A stretch of 64,000 bases of DNA, from positions 15,748,001 through 15,812,000 of the forward strand of contig OX597840.1 of the NCBI GenBank assembly GCA_951406725.2, written 5' to 3'. This document shows, piece by piece, positions 34,015 to 46,549 of the stretch. The notes beneath the pieces were generated by a model, which was not told where the DNA came from, did not search any database, and saw only the letters and a list, made by a program, of their open reading frames with translations. The position numbers were made by a program, and so were the translations under genes. The DNA is from Octopus vulgaris (taxonomy: Eukaryota). Every line of letters starts with the position of its first letter. Within the stretch, counting starts at the first letter, position 1.

Positions 34015-34569
34015 CTGGGTTATTAAAAAAGAAAAACAGATTTTTAATTTATTTTTAAAACAAACAGTAAAAGATACAAACATATTCTACATAATTCTTG
34101 ATAGAAGAAGGATTAAAGTTTTTATTTTAAGATAGTATGTACTCACCATGAGCACCATGAGCACCGGTGCTTTTTCCTTTTCAAATGCAACCTTTTCCTG
34201 TGAAATTGTTATGCCATTCATAAATTTGCTTGTGACAAGGTGGATTTTTATTGAATTGGCAGCAAAATTCACATTGCACTTGCACAATCAATTCACATTT
34301 CTCAAACTGCAGCACACAAAGATTTTTCTTGTGGTGTCGCCATTTCCTAATGGGTTACACAAATAAAGATTATACAACTTTAAATAAAATGAACAAAATG
34401 AAACATTAAAACAAAATTAAAACAATATTTTAATTAAGGCTTAATTCAATTGATCATGTTCAACTATAAACTTTAAACCTTTCCCTATCAAGAAATAGGT
34501 AGAATGTGTCTCTTACCGTTTGTTTTAAAAATAAATTTGAAATCTGCTCTTTCTTTTTGAATAACCCTA
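34015..34569 (-). mobile_element. Internally deleted Tc1/mariner element with DUF4817-type HTH transposase N-terminus
   Basis: About 110-bp TIRs (34015-34120 / 34470-34569) flanked by TA; 34343-34165 reads MATPQEKS(fs)CVLQFEKCELIVQVQCEFCCQFNKNPPCHKQIYEWHNNFTGKGCI*KGKSTG. Confidence 0.85.
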
Positions 34570-34931
34570 TATGTAGATTTATTCATGTACAGTAGAAAAT
34601 TAAGTCTTATGGAAAAGGTTTAACTTTCTGCAGGTCTTGCAAATATATTTCCAATGAAATAAAAATAAAAAAATAAAAAAAATCTACAGAATTCAATTTC
34701 TATTTTTAACCTTATGAATCATAAATACAGAAGAGAATCAAACAGTTATAAAAGGAATTGTTAACGATTTTTTTAATGTAAATGATATTTGACAGTGTAA
34801 GTACAAATTTGAAAAATAGAAAAAAAACTGAGCAACAGGCTCAATGACGGGATCTAAGCTTTTTATCCATCATCCGCCATGTGACTGGGCTATTAAATAG
34901 ACAACAAGGCGTTGTAATTTGTCTTCTGCAG

Positions 34932-34960
34932 TTATTTCTTGTTACAAATATTAAACTGAG
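34932..34960 (+). CDS. Internal 29-nt coding exon (LFLVTNIKLR) of a multi-exon membrane-protein gene
   Basis: Acceptor tttgtcttctgcag, donor GAG|gtgaga. Phase 0 to phase 2, and joins in frame to the 35745 exon. Confidence 0.65.
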
Positions 34961-35744
34961 GTGAGACACTTTGTTAAACTGGACAATAATAAAACACCTA
35001 AATGAAAGAACAGATTCTAAGGAAACTAGGGATGATGGTCTCTGTTGGCAGACACTATATACAAAATCAGACCTTTCTCATTAAACATTTAAACCTCAAC
35101 ATCTAACAGGAATTGTATTATTACACTAATTAGCTACAAAACAACTTATCTGTACCTATTTTAAACCCCATAACACATACCCTTCTGCACATATCAAAAC
35201 AATGCACCATTTTCCTCCATTCATGATTAGGGTCTTGAATGGTCATAGTATTAAAATAGGGTAAAAAATGTAAATCTTTTGGTTTTGTTTCGTTTTTTTA
35301 TTCATACCTTACTTCTAATTTTCATTGATGGGGCCTCTCTCATTCACTTAATTGTATTAGTTTTAATTAAGTAACGCCCTTCATCAGTGACCTATCATGC
35401 TAGCACCATGTTGATGAATCACCTAATTACAATAAAACAATAGTTAAAATAAAATAAAAAGAAACGTTTATACTACCTCATTTAAAAAGAGGCAACAGTA
35501 GGTTCCCCACCATAGTGTATTCTGGCATATGATTAAATAATGTGATAGATATACAATGCATCAAGTCCCGTCAATGGCTTGTTTCCCTTCAGTCTGAAAT
35601 TAGTGTTTTTCTTGTAATGTCTAATATCAAAGCCAAAGACAATTTTTTTTACTGATTTTCACATTTGAATCTGTATTAATAATGTAAATAATATCTGGAT
35701 TACCAAAGCAGTTGTAGTCCTATTTTTCTCTTCATTGTTCATAG

Positions 35745-35833
35745 GTTGGCTCTTAGTTTTCTTATAGTATTTTCTAATGCATCATGGGTCTGCCCCCCAG
35801 CAACATTGTTGTTAAGCCTGTTGTACTCACACT
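35745..35833 (+). CDS. Penultimate coding exon (LALSFLIVFSNASWVCPPATLLLSLLYSH), hydrophobic; possibly EXPERA/EBP-like family
   Basis: Acceptor tttttctcttcattgttcatag, donor CT|gtatgg; 89 nt open, phase 2 to phase 1. VFxNAxWVxP resembles the last EXPERA helix (inference). Confidence 0.75.
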
Positions 35834-36088
35834 GTATGGTTCCAAAATCAGAGCTGGCTTAGAGATATTGTCAGGACATCTTGAAGTGTTTAGTGTGCTG
35901 GTCACTAATTCTTTTGTATGGCAGGGTGGGCTTCACATACTGTGATGAAGGCACCGTGTTTTCCCTCTTTTGATTGCTTTTTTTTTCTTTTGTTTTTCTT
36001 CCGAAGTTCATAACTTTGTGGCTATGCCCCAGCAATGACTGGAATGAGTAAAAGACCAAGTTGCTGCAAAAACACCTGTGGAGTGCAT

Positions 36089-36139
<51 letters not shown>

Positions 36140-36151
36140 GACTACTCTTTT

Positions 36152-36195
36152 CCATTACTTTGAATTTTCATGCCAAAGCAGCTTTCATCAGATGG
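36152..36195 (-). ncRNA. Minimal hammerhead motif (degenerate stems)
   Basis: CCAU-CUGAUGA-aagcugcuuuggcau-GAAA-auucaaa-GUA-AUGG. Confidence 0.55.
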
Positions 36196-36514
36196 CTTGG
36201 TAACAAATAACTTGAAATACAAACAGATTCTAGTGCTATGATACTGCACTCGCACACGACATATATAAATAATCAAAATAAGCAACAAGAATATCCAGAG
36301 GTAATGCAGTATGATTGTTTCATGCGACTCCATTTAATTGAACAATGCAAATATTACATCAATTTAAGATGTAGAGCATACATACACACTGCATTACCTC
36401 TGCATTACCTCTGGATATCCTTGTTGCTTATTTTGATTATAATCACCTTATTTTAAATTGTATGGATAATACCATACTAAATTCTGGTGCCTCAACTTAA
36501 GTACCATATTCATC

Positions 36515-36548
<34 letters not shown>

Positions 36549-36706
36549 TATATATATATATATTGTGTGTGTGTGCAGACCAGTTATACTGTATAGTTTG
36601 AGAATATTGAGTGAGGTAGAGGAAATGCCCAAAATAATATGGAAATGGTGGGGCTAAAAGTTGGTGGCAGATGACAGTTTTGTTTCCTTCCTTCAATTAC
36701 TTTCAG

Positions 36707-36732
36707 ACATTCCACACTTCCAACTACACTGA
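36707..36732 (+). CDS. Terminal coding exon (Y)IPHFQLH* followed by a 3' UTR
   Basis: Strong acceptor ttgtttccttccttcaattactttcag; phase matches the previous exon; TGA at 36730-36732; followed by about 1.2 kb of SINE-free AT-rich sequence. Confidence 0.72.
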
Positions 36733-37941
36733 GAATGACACCTACAGTGGGGACCGTTCCAATGTTTTCTGACAACCTTTTTGAATCATTGGTCACGTTT
36801 AGTCTCACACAAAACTGACTTCATGACAGTTACTGCTAGTGGTCTTCGCTGGTCAGACAATCGACCCATTGAGTCATATGTTTGCCCCGTTGTTGAAACT
36901 AACTGGACAACACCATCGTCTTCCTCTACTCTCATGTGCAAAGCAAAAGGCTGAGAGTGTTAAGAGCTGTTATTCTTCATAGCAATTGGACTTTACCATA
37001 TTCGACATTATCACCTTCAAGTTGTTTGTTCAGTATGATTTGGCAGCTACATTGATCAGGTCATGTGACTACAGAGAGCAGAAGACATATTTTTCACTGG
37101 TTCAACTTGATGTGATGGTAGTGGTTGATAGCTAAAGTAGAGGTGTGTATGGACGGTTGTGGATAGTTATAGTAGAGTTATGTAGTGATGGTAACAGTAC
37201 GTCTCATGTGAAGAGGACAAAGGTATGTGATGGTGATGGTATGATGTTTATAGTTACAGTAGAGGTATGTGATGGTGGTATGAACTGTGAAGGTAATGGA
37301 TACCTAGAATAGCAGTATGGGATAATGATTTGGTACATGGGATGGTAGATGTTAATTTAAATTTAAACCAGAAAATCTGTGTAAATCACATACATTTTAC
37401 TTACTTTATCAAGATGTTACATTTTGTTTTTGTTTTTTTAAGGACAAAATGTATTGATGAAATTGTTGACATATGTTAAACCAGAAATTTGATTGAACCA
37501 AATGTATTAAAGCTTATCCATGCTAAATGTGTTCTCCTCTTTTGAAATCCATATGCATTGAGCCAAGATTAACCAGATGTCTGTGACTAGATATCTGTGA
37601 CCAGATGTGTTGATCCAAATACAGGTAAAAAATTTTAAAAACATTTTGAAACCAGGTTTTTTTCGACTGGATATTTAATGTCTACTTCAACCAAATCATT
37701 TAAGTTTTGTCAAATATGTTACACAAAATGTGTTAAACCACATTTTAAAAAGCAGATGTATTTGAAATTAGATCTTTTTATGCATTTCAAACACATGTGT
37801 GGATGTGTTTAAAAAAAATTTCAAAAGCAAAAGAGAATAAAAAAATAGAAGAGATTTGTCAATTCAAGGATTTTCCTTTGTATATTTTTACAACATATCC
37901 AAAATATGTTTTTGTTTCTAAATTCAAATTTGTTTAAATTG

Positions 37942-37947
37942 AATAAA
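37942..37947 (+). terminator. Putative polyadenylation signal of the + strand gene
   Basis: AATAAA followed by a GT/T-rich tract (ttgtgcacttgtatcttgtt); a second AATAAA lies near 37836. Confidence 0.4.
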
Positions 37948-38150
37948 AGTTGAAAAGTTTAAAACAATTGTGCACTTGTATCTTGTTATATATTAAGCTT
38001 GTTTGTGTGTGTATGTATGTATATATGTAAACATGTAAATAAATATATACTCTACATGTAAATATATTCCCTGTGAGGAAAATGGTACTCCATTCCAGAG
38101 AGGACCTTTTGCCATTAATGAGCATGAGTGCATATGACAGTACAGAACTA

Positions 38151-38732
38151 GGATCTTTACCTTTTGACTTACAGATTTAAAAAATAATTTTTTGTAACTA
38201 AACACTTTCAAACTTTGGGCACTGGTAGAATGTGTTATATAAAACATCATTTACTCTTAGCATTTTTGAGAAAAACTTATATTTCATGTTAAAGTTCTCA
38301 TATTTTGGTCATTTCAACCAATCAATGACATGTATTCAGCTGAATAAAATTATTGCTGTTGTTTGTCAACAACAACTATCGGCAGTGTATATTTCGTTTG
38401 TCACTGTTATTTATGACAACCCTAACCCTAAAACCTTAAAACCAGTATAAACGCATGAATGATGTCATAAATAACAGTGACAAACGAAAAGTACACCACC
38501 GATAGTTGTTGACAAACAATGGCAGTAATTTTATTCAGCTGAATACACGTCATTGATTGCTTGAAATTACCGAAATAAGAGAACTTTAACGTGAAATAAC
38601 TTTGTAAATATAAGTTTTTCTCAAAACCTCTAAGAGTAAATGATGTTTTATATGACACATTCTACCAGTGTCCAAAGTTTGAAAGTGTTTAGTTACAAAA
38701 AATTATTTTTTAAATCTGTCGGTCAAAGATCT
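38151..38732. mobile_element. Foldback MITE with about 270-bp arms and a perfect 8-bp TSD
   Basis: Arms 38151-38418 / 38463-38732; TSD CAGAACTA at 38143-38150 and 38733-38740; loop contains CCCTAA-like units. Confidence 0.92.
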
Positions 38733-39167
38733 CAGAACTATGTGATTCTTAAGCAGAAAAATTAGCCATATTGTCCTGCAGCACACAAACTGTTACATAC
38801 AAAGCTGAAGTCACACCTACTGAACCTAACTATAATACCAAAATAAGCAATTTAGGTAGAAAGGCATTGCAAAAGACAGATTCAAGAAGCAATATAACAA
38901 TCCCATTATTATGTTCCAGTAAACTGTAAAGAAGAATGACACAAAACAATCAAGTTACATTTGGAAATTAAAGAACAGTAGCACATACTTTAACATAAGA
39001 TGAATAATAAAAGAAAGCTCTAGATCAATGATGCCCAAAATTTTTGGGGTTGCTGCCCCCTTGATACCCAGGCCACATTCCTAGCACCCCACCCCAACTA
39101 ACCATCACAAACATAGACCCCTTTCTGAAGCAACTGTATTTTACAAATAAAACTTAACTTAATTATA

Positions 39168-39573
39168 GGCATAGGAGTGACTGTGTGGTAAGTACCTTAC
39201 TTACCAACCACATAGTTCAGGGTTCAGCCCAATGCGTGGCACCTTGGGCAAGTGTCTTCTACTATAGCCTCAGGCTGACCAAAGCCTTGTGAGTGGATTT
39301 GGTAGACGGAAACTGAAAGAAGCTTGCCGTATGAATGTATATATATATATGTATATGTGTGTGTGTATATGTTTGTATGTCTGTGTTTGTCACTCCAACA
39401 TCACTTGACAACCAATGCTGGTGTATTTACATGCCTGTAACTTAGCGGTTTGGCAAAGAGACCGATAGAATAAGTACTAGGTTTACAAAGAATAAGTCCT
39501 GGGGTCGATTTGCTCGACTAAAGGTGGTGCTCCAGCATGGCCACAGTCAAATGACTGAAACAAGTAAAAGAGT
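39168..39573 (+). mobile_element. CORE-type SINE copy
   Basis: Homology to the 24521 copy. Confidence 0.9.
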
Positions 39574-39759
39574 AATGAACCTGTTATTTTGTTGTTTTCG
39601 CATGAATCGCCACCCCATTATCACCCCCACTTTTACATGAATCGCTACCCCATTATCACCCCACTTTTCTTTCCACTGCCCCCAGGGGAGCAATACCACC
39701 CACGTTAGAAACCACTGTTGTAAACTATACAAAAATAGTACTAAACAATAAGGTATCTG

Positions 39760-39941
39760 CAGTGCCAGATTTAGGACAAATGAGACGCTATGCTAATTAA
39801 ATTATGAGGCCCCTTACTTGGACAGGGCCCTGTTATGAGACCCCTTATGTGGACAGGACCCCATTGACTATGGGTCCCTTACCGAGCCCCTAGTCAACAA
39901 GGTCCTGTGCACACCTAAGCACAATGGTAAATCCAGCACTG
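39760..39941. mobile_element. hAT-type MITE
   Basis: TIRs CAGTGCCAGATTTA / TAAATCCAGCACTG; 8-bp TSD ggtatctg/ggaatctg (7/8). Confidence 0.85.
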
Positions 39942-40366
39942 GGAATCTGCATAGATGAGAAGTGCCTCATTCTTTGTGTTGAATGAACGAAGACAACTGA
40001 ATAACAAAAACTCTTTAGGTCTTGCAAGAGACAAGACTACCTCACTGGTGATGGTGCTATAAAATGCAAAGTACACTGAATAAAATGGATGATTAACAAA
40101 CAGAGAACAAAAGGGTGAAAGGCGGTTTTAGATTTGCAAATATATGACAATCTTTCCAGTGGTGGAACCATGATAAAATGCACCCAGTAAACTCTATAAA
40201 GAGGTTGATGTAAGGAAGGGCACCTGGCTGTAGAAAACATACTAAAGTGGAATGTCTAAGAGAAAACATACCAAATGGAATGTCTAGTTCCTAAACCATC
40301 TAACAGGAAAGCAACTTTGGATAAGAACTGAATCATGCCATGCCAACCAGTATAAGCAGGAATAAT

Positions 40367-41232
40367 ATCAATCACCATGATGCACATCATGATAGGCACC
40401 CATGCCAGTGACGCGTGATGGCACCCTTGCTGGTAACATGTAAAAGGTACCCATGCTGGTGAAACGTAAAAGGTATTTGTGCTGGTGACACAAACATGGC
40501 ACCCTTACCAGTGACATGTAAAAGGCACCTGTGCCGGTGACACTTAAAAGGCACCTGTGCCACTGACATGTAAAAGGCACCTGTTCCAGTGACACATAAA
40601 AAGCACTCATGTCAGCGACACATAAAAGGCACCCCTTGCCAGTGACACGTAAAAGTCACCTGTGCCAGTGACATGTAAAAGGCACTTGTGCCAGTGACAC
40701 ATAAAAGGTACCCGTACCACTGACATGTAAAAGGCACCTGTGCCGGTGACACGTAAAAGGCACCCGTGCCAGTGACATGTAAAAGGCACTCGTGCCAGTG
40801 ACATATAATAGGCACCTGTGCCAGTGACACGCGAAAGGTACCTGTGCCAGTGACACGCGAAAGGTACCTGTGCCAGTGCATGTAAAAAGCACCTGTGCCG
40901 CTGACATGTCAAAGGCAGCTGTTCCAGTGACATGTAAAAGGCACCTGTACCAGTGACACATAAAAAGCACCTGTGCCGCTGACATGTCAAAGGCAGCCGT
41001 GCCAGTGACATGTAAAAGGCACCCATAATGCTGACACGTAAAATACACCTGTGCTGGTGACACGTATGCCAACCACTCTGCAGAGCGGTTGGCATTAGGA
41101 AGGGCATCCAGCTGTAGAAACCATGCTAAAACATACTGGAACCTGGTGCAGCTCTTCTGCTTACCAGCTTCAGTGAAACCGTCTAACTCATGACAGCATG
41201 GAAAATGGACGTTAAATGATGATGATGATAAT
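40367..41232 (+). repeat. About 24-bp minisatellite (aaaaggcacctgtgccagtgacacgt-like, more than 25 units) expanded inside an RTE-type 3' end
   Basis: Tandem units 40390-41065 run directly into the RTE tail (gggcatccagctgtagaaac...ggacgttaaatgatgatg). Confidence 0.9.
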
Positions 41233-41475
41233 GATGGCCTATGTTCACACATACACATGCATATATATATCAGTCATTCTTCTAAGTTTTCATGGGTCAT
41301 GTGAAGTTTAAATGAGGCAGATTTTCTACGGCTGCAATCCCCTTCCTGTCTTGACACTCATTTGTATCCAAGCAAGGTAACATTTCCTCATAACTAGACA
41401 CGTTTTCATAGAATACTGAAAATTAATGACACTTCTTAAATGACATTGACATTTATTCATAATAATCATAGATAT

Positions 41476-41800
41476 TGTTACGCCGCCACTCAGGCCCAAG
41501 GCCTTCCGATTCCACCACGGGCCCTAAGTCGCGACGATGACACTCAGTAAACCGGAAATCTACCACTGGAAGGGGGAAAGGCAGCGAACACAGCCAGGAA
41601 CCACAGTGTTAGTGTGAGCAAAGCCTGGTACAAAACAGATCTGTTTCTATTACCTTTAAATAAATGATTTAAATCAATGTCACAGAAGTCGGCTTCGCAA
41701 CAGAGGCCAAGTAACTATATAGAGAGGCAGTATCTAAATCACAAAACGATTGCAACCCCAAAACCTGCATGACCTCTATAGGTCACCAATGGAGGTGACA
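41476..41800. mobile_element. Candidate solo LTR
   Basis: 325-bp unique, CpG-retaining block with TGTTAC...GTGACA termini and internal AATAAA; no clear TSD. Confidence 0.45.
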
Positions 41801-42287
41801 TCCACACACACACACATCAGTTGTGGTGTAATCAACTGACAGAGAAACTCAAGTCTATTTTCGGCAGAATCTCTTCGTAACAACAGAAGCATCATGTGGA
41901 TAATATGATAGCCTTTGTTGTTGTTATTATTGTTCGTGGAAGTGAATGGCGGGAGGAGGTGGGGTGAGGATAATATCGGCAACAATAGCGTTGTTGGTGG
42001 TGATTGTAGATTTGGTGTTGGTAGTAAAAGTTAGAGTGCTGGTATCCTTTCTAATGATGTTGGTAGAGATGGTAGTGTAGTTCATAGATGGTAGTGTAGT
42101 TCATAGCGGTGGTATTGCTGCTGGCGTTGGTGGTGAATTTCCTGTTGATTCTATGGCTGTCTTTTTTTTCTTTTTTTGTTATTTTTCTTGTTCTTACTAC
42201 CAAGGTTACTGCTACAGTTGTGTTTGTGTGCTCACTTGTAACTCTACATATGTGTGTGTGTGTGTGTGTGTGTGTGTTTTGCTGTCT

Positions 42288-42333
<46 letters not shown>

Positions 42334-45300
42334 GCTGGTGTTTATATACGTATACACGTTTATATGGCTCTCTACGTGCCAGTACGAAAGTGTGTGATTG
42401 TATATATTTGTATACATATGTGTAAATAATTGTGCCTTTGTGTAATTATCTTGCCATGTGTTTATGTCTATGAATTGAGATATTATTAATACAAGTGTTT
42501 TCCCCGTTTTTTTCTCTTGTTTTTTGTTGGTTTTTTAAAGGGGAGTTACTGTGGGTACACATGCAACGATGCCTAAATATAAGTGTGTGTATAACTACAA
42601 TTTGTTATATTAAATGTTCTGCTAAATTTACTATAGTTGATGTTTTGCATGTGTGTGTGTGTGTGTGTGTGAATGTTGCATTCAATGTGTGTGAGCTCAC
42701 ATAAATCATTTCTATCCATGCTCTCTCCTATGTATATGTGTGTGAGTGTGTCTGTGAGAACGTGTTTGTATATATACATATATATATGGACATATATATA
42801 TACTCATACATTTATACACTTTATATATATATATACATACACACGCACTGTCTCTGTATATGTATACAGTGTGTGTGTTTATGTCTATCTATATGCATAA
42901 ATATACATACATGCAAGCATATACATATACTTGCATGTGAAGGAAGGCGGGGTAAGTAACTAAATGGGAGGAGTTACAATTACAGCAGCACCTCCCACTA
43001 TTCACAATTTGTACCTATCAAACCAAGGGTTACCGCACTTTTAAACACTGGTCAAACCCTCTGTCCTTCCTTCCCTTGTACTTATCTGTGTTTCTATTGT
43101 TATGACACTGTAAGGAGAAGACGTGAGTGGGGGTGGCCATTTGCGGGATGTCCAAGACAGGTGGAGAAGAAAGGAGGAAGTTACTCTCAGACAGAAGAGT
43201 GTGGACTCTGTAAATAGTATAGCTAATATGGTGGTGGTAAACCATGCAAAAATTTAATACTAATACTATCACTTGCCTCACCACCTCTATAAACGTTGAC
43301 TTGTATAGAAGTGGGGGATGTTGGTGATGGTGGACAGTATGGTCATGTGACAGAACTGGTAGGGAAACAGCTTAGATTCTTTGGCACCAATTCACTGTAT
43401 CCCAAGTTCAAGTCACACCAAAGTTCAATCTTATTGTCATCATTTCAAAAATGATAAAATACAAGACAGGTTTCATCATCATAATCACATAATCATCATC
43501 CAACTTTAACGTCTGTTTTCCATTCCATGCTTGCATGGGTTGGACAGTTTGTCCAGAGCTGGTAAGCAGGAGAGCTGCACCAGGTTGCAGCCTGATTTGG
43601 CCTGGTTTCTATGACTGGATGCCCTTCCTAACACCAACCACTTTACAGAGTGTGCTGGGTTCTCTTTCAGTGATACCGACATGAGTGATTCTATGTAGTG
43701 CCAGCACAGGCACTGGCAAGGGTACTATTTACATGCCACTGGCACAAGGCCCATGCAGGGCCAAGTGTAGTGTCTGATACAGACTTGGGTTGACCAATAA
43801 CATCAGTGAAATCTGTTGGATGGAAACTATGAAGAAGCCTGTCATACACATGCAAACACATGTATGCAAGCATGACTGTGTGATCAAGAGAGAGATTTAC
43901 TTCCCAACCACATGATCTCAGGTTCAGTCCCACTGTGTGGCATCTTGGATGAGTGTCTTCTATTATAACACTGGGCCAACCAGGAACTTGTGAGTGAATT
44001 TGGCAGAAGGAAACTAAGAGATGCCCATTTTCTATGTGTGCACATGTATTACTTTCTCCATGCTTTGACATCATCTGATAGTTGCAAGCAGCACATTTTA
44101 CTTCCAATCTGTGTAAACATAGCTGACCATGTAAAAATATTATCTTACTTGGAAACAGGTGAGAGTTGGTGACAGGAAGGGCATCCAGCCATAGAAGATC
44201 TGCTTTAACAAATTCTGTCTGGCCCATGCAAGCATGTCAAGTGAAACTTAAATGGTGATACAACTAGAGTATTGACTGTGAGTTTATACTGGTCTCAAAT
44301 TTGGGCACAAGGCCTGCAATTTCAGGGAGAGGGGGGGAAGTTGATTAGATCAACCCCAGTGTTCAACTGGTACTCATTCTATCAACCTGAAATGATGAAA
44401 GGCAAAGTTGACTTTGGTGGAATTTGAACTCAGAACATAAAAAGACAAAATGCTGCTTAGCATTTTGCCTTGTGTGTTGACGATTCTGTCAGCTCACTAC
44501 CTTGTGTGTGTGTGTGTATACACACACATTGAGAGGGATACATAGTACAGAGGAAAACAATAAGCCACCCAAATGAAAAAGTCGTGGTATTTGTTCTGCT
44601 CCAATTGCACAGATGCTCCCTTGTTATTCTAACCAATGGATATGCCATGAACCAGTCACTTGTAGCTACAATTTCTAAAAGCCAGAGAATCCACATAGAG
44701 ACAACTATCAAAGTTGTTTCATGTGTCCTTCCTTTTTCCTAAGTCAGTATGGTAATTTAGCTGTTAATTTTAACACACTGCACAACCTTACATTATTACA
44801 ACCATTATTGTCTTATGCATTCATCTTTTATATCAGCGTAATGGTGTTGTTGCTTAGCCATGGCCAGGTGGCTGAGTGGATAGTATACTAGACAATCAAC
44901 AGTTTACTAGTCATGCACACAATATTATGTGAAGTGACTGATGGTCTAGTACACCTGACTATGACAAGCAAAGGCAAAGTTGTGTAGTGATGAAGTCACT
45001 TTGCAACTACATGATTCTGGGTTCAATACCACAGCACAGCACCTTGGACAAGTGTTTTCATACCAAAGCCTCAGGTAGTCCTTAGCTTAGAGACTGACAT
45101 TTCATGCAGAAACTCACTGGGTTGACAACCATTCCTTTGGATGCCTTTAGCAGAAACTCCTCTGTTACAAGCATTCAAACCATATTGTCTGACTGAAGAT
45201 AACACGGTCCCTTTCTTGCACCACCCTTGGATGACTTGAAAAGTATCAAGGGTGCTGCCATTCTATCTCTAGGTCATTAAACAAACATACCACAGCATAG

Positions 45301-45580
45301 AAACAAATATCAGCAGCAATAGTATGTTCCATTCCTGCTCCAGGTACATATAGCTTACAGTGTAAAACCAGGGTTTCAATCCAAGTTTGACACTCTCCTA
45401 ATTTACTCACCAAATAATCAAAGTATAGATTATTGAGCCAAGGTATGTGATGTCTACAGGCTTTTGGAAGGAAGCAAGCAAGCAAGTAAAAACACCCTGG
45501 ACATGTGCTCTTGGAGTCTATTGTTGATGTTACAGTCAAAGACTAACAAAGATGAAGAATATAATCTTTACAACTATCCT

Positions 45581-45954
45581 TACTCTTTTACTTGTTTGTC
45601 ATTTGACTGCGGTCATGCTGGAGCACCACCTTTAGTTGAATAAAATCGACCCCAGGACTTATTCTTTGTAAGCTTAGTACTTATTCTATCGGTCTCTTTT
45701 TGCCGAACCACTAAGTGACGGGGACGTAGACACACCAGCATCGGTTGTCAAGCAATTATGAAGGAACAAACACAGACATACATATATATACATATAGATA
45801 TATATATGACAGGCTTCTTTCAGTTTCCGTCTACTAAATCCACTCACAAGGCTTTGGTCGGCCTGGGGCTATAGCAGAAGACACTTGCCCAAGGTGCCAC
45901 GCAGTAGGACTGAACCCAGAACTATGCGGTTGGGAAGTAAGCTTCTTACCTCAC
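45581..45954 (-). mobile_element. CORE-type SINE copy
   Basis: Reverse-complement homology to the 24521 copy. Confidence 0.9.
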
Positions 45955-46492
45955 AGAAATTCATAAAGTAACAAAATCATGGCTGGGAAGCACCCAACCA
46001 CAACAATACATGCTAAAGATAGAAACCAAATCATATTATTTAAAAAGAAAAAGAGTGCGTAAGATAAAGTAGTCCCAAACACCCCAGCTTTTGTCCAAAA
46101 TATAAATGATGGTAGAAAACACAAGACTAAATAAGATTATGGTCACAAGTTAATCACCCTAGGGAAAGTTAATCACCCTAGGGAAAGTTTTGTACACAAA
46201 TTTTATATTTTACTTGTTTCAATCATTAGTGGCCATGCTGGGGTAACACATCGAAGTTTTAGTCAAATGAATTGACTCACGTACCTATTTTTTTTTAAGC
46301 CTGACACTTATCTTTTTGATATCACTTTGCTGAACAGGGATGTAAACACACCAACACTGGTTGGCATGTGGTGGTGGGGGACAAACAGACACAAAAATGC
46401 ATACACACACACACATCACATATATATGTATGTATATATGTGTGTGTGTGTGCATATGTGTGTGTGTGTGTGTGTATGTGTGCATATATATA

Positions 46493-46549
<57 letters not shown>

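Noticed and set aside
34141-34345. Minus-strand exon with GTGAGT donor
   Set aside because: The sequence is a frameshifted mariner transposase relic between TIRs.
35322-35390. Hairpin resembling a pre-miRNA or hammerhead (CUGAUGA on the minus strand)
   Set aside because: Large asymmetric bulge; GAAA is misplaced and there is no stem I pairing.
38419-38445. Interstitial telomere
   Set aside because: Only 2-4 degenerate CCCTAA units, internal to a MITE.
40367-41107. CRISPR-like or Cys/His-rich repeat protein
   Set aside because: Contiguous tandem units with no unique spacers and no cas genes; embedded in a retroposon tail in eukaryotic DNA.
45246-45539. ACRHHI-containing ORF, possible transposase relic
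   Set aside because: Only one short motif and the flanking blocks appear out of order; too weak to call.
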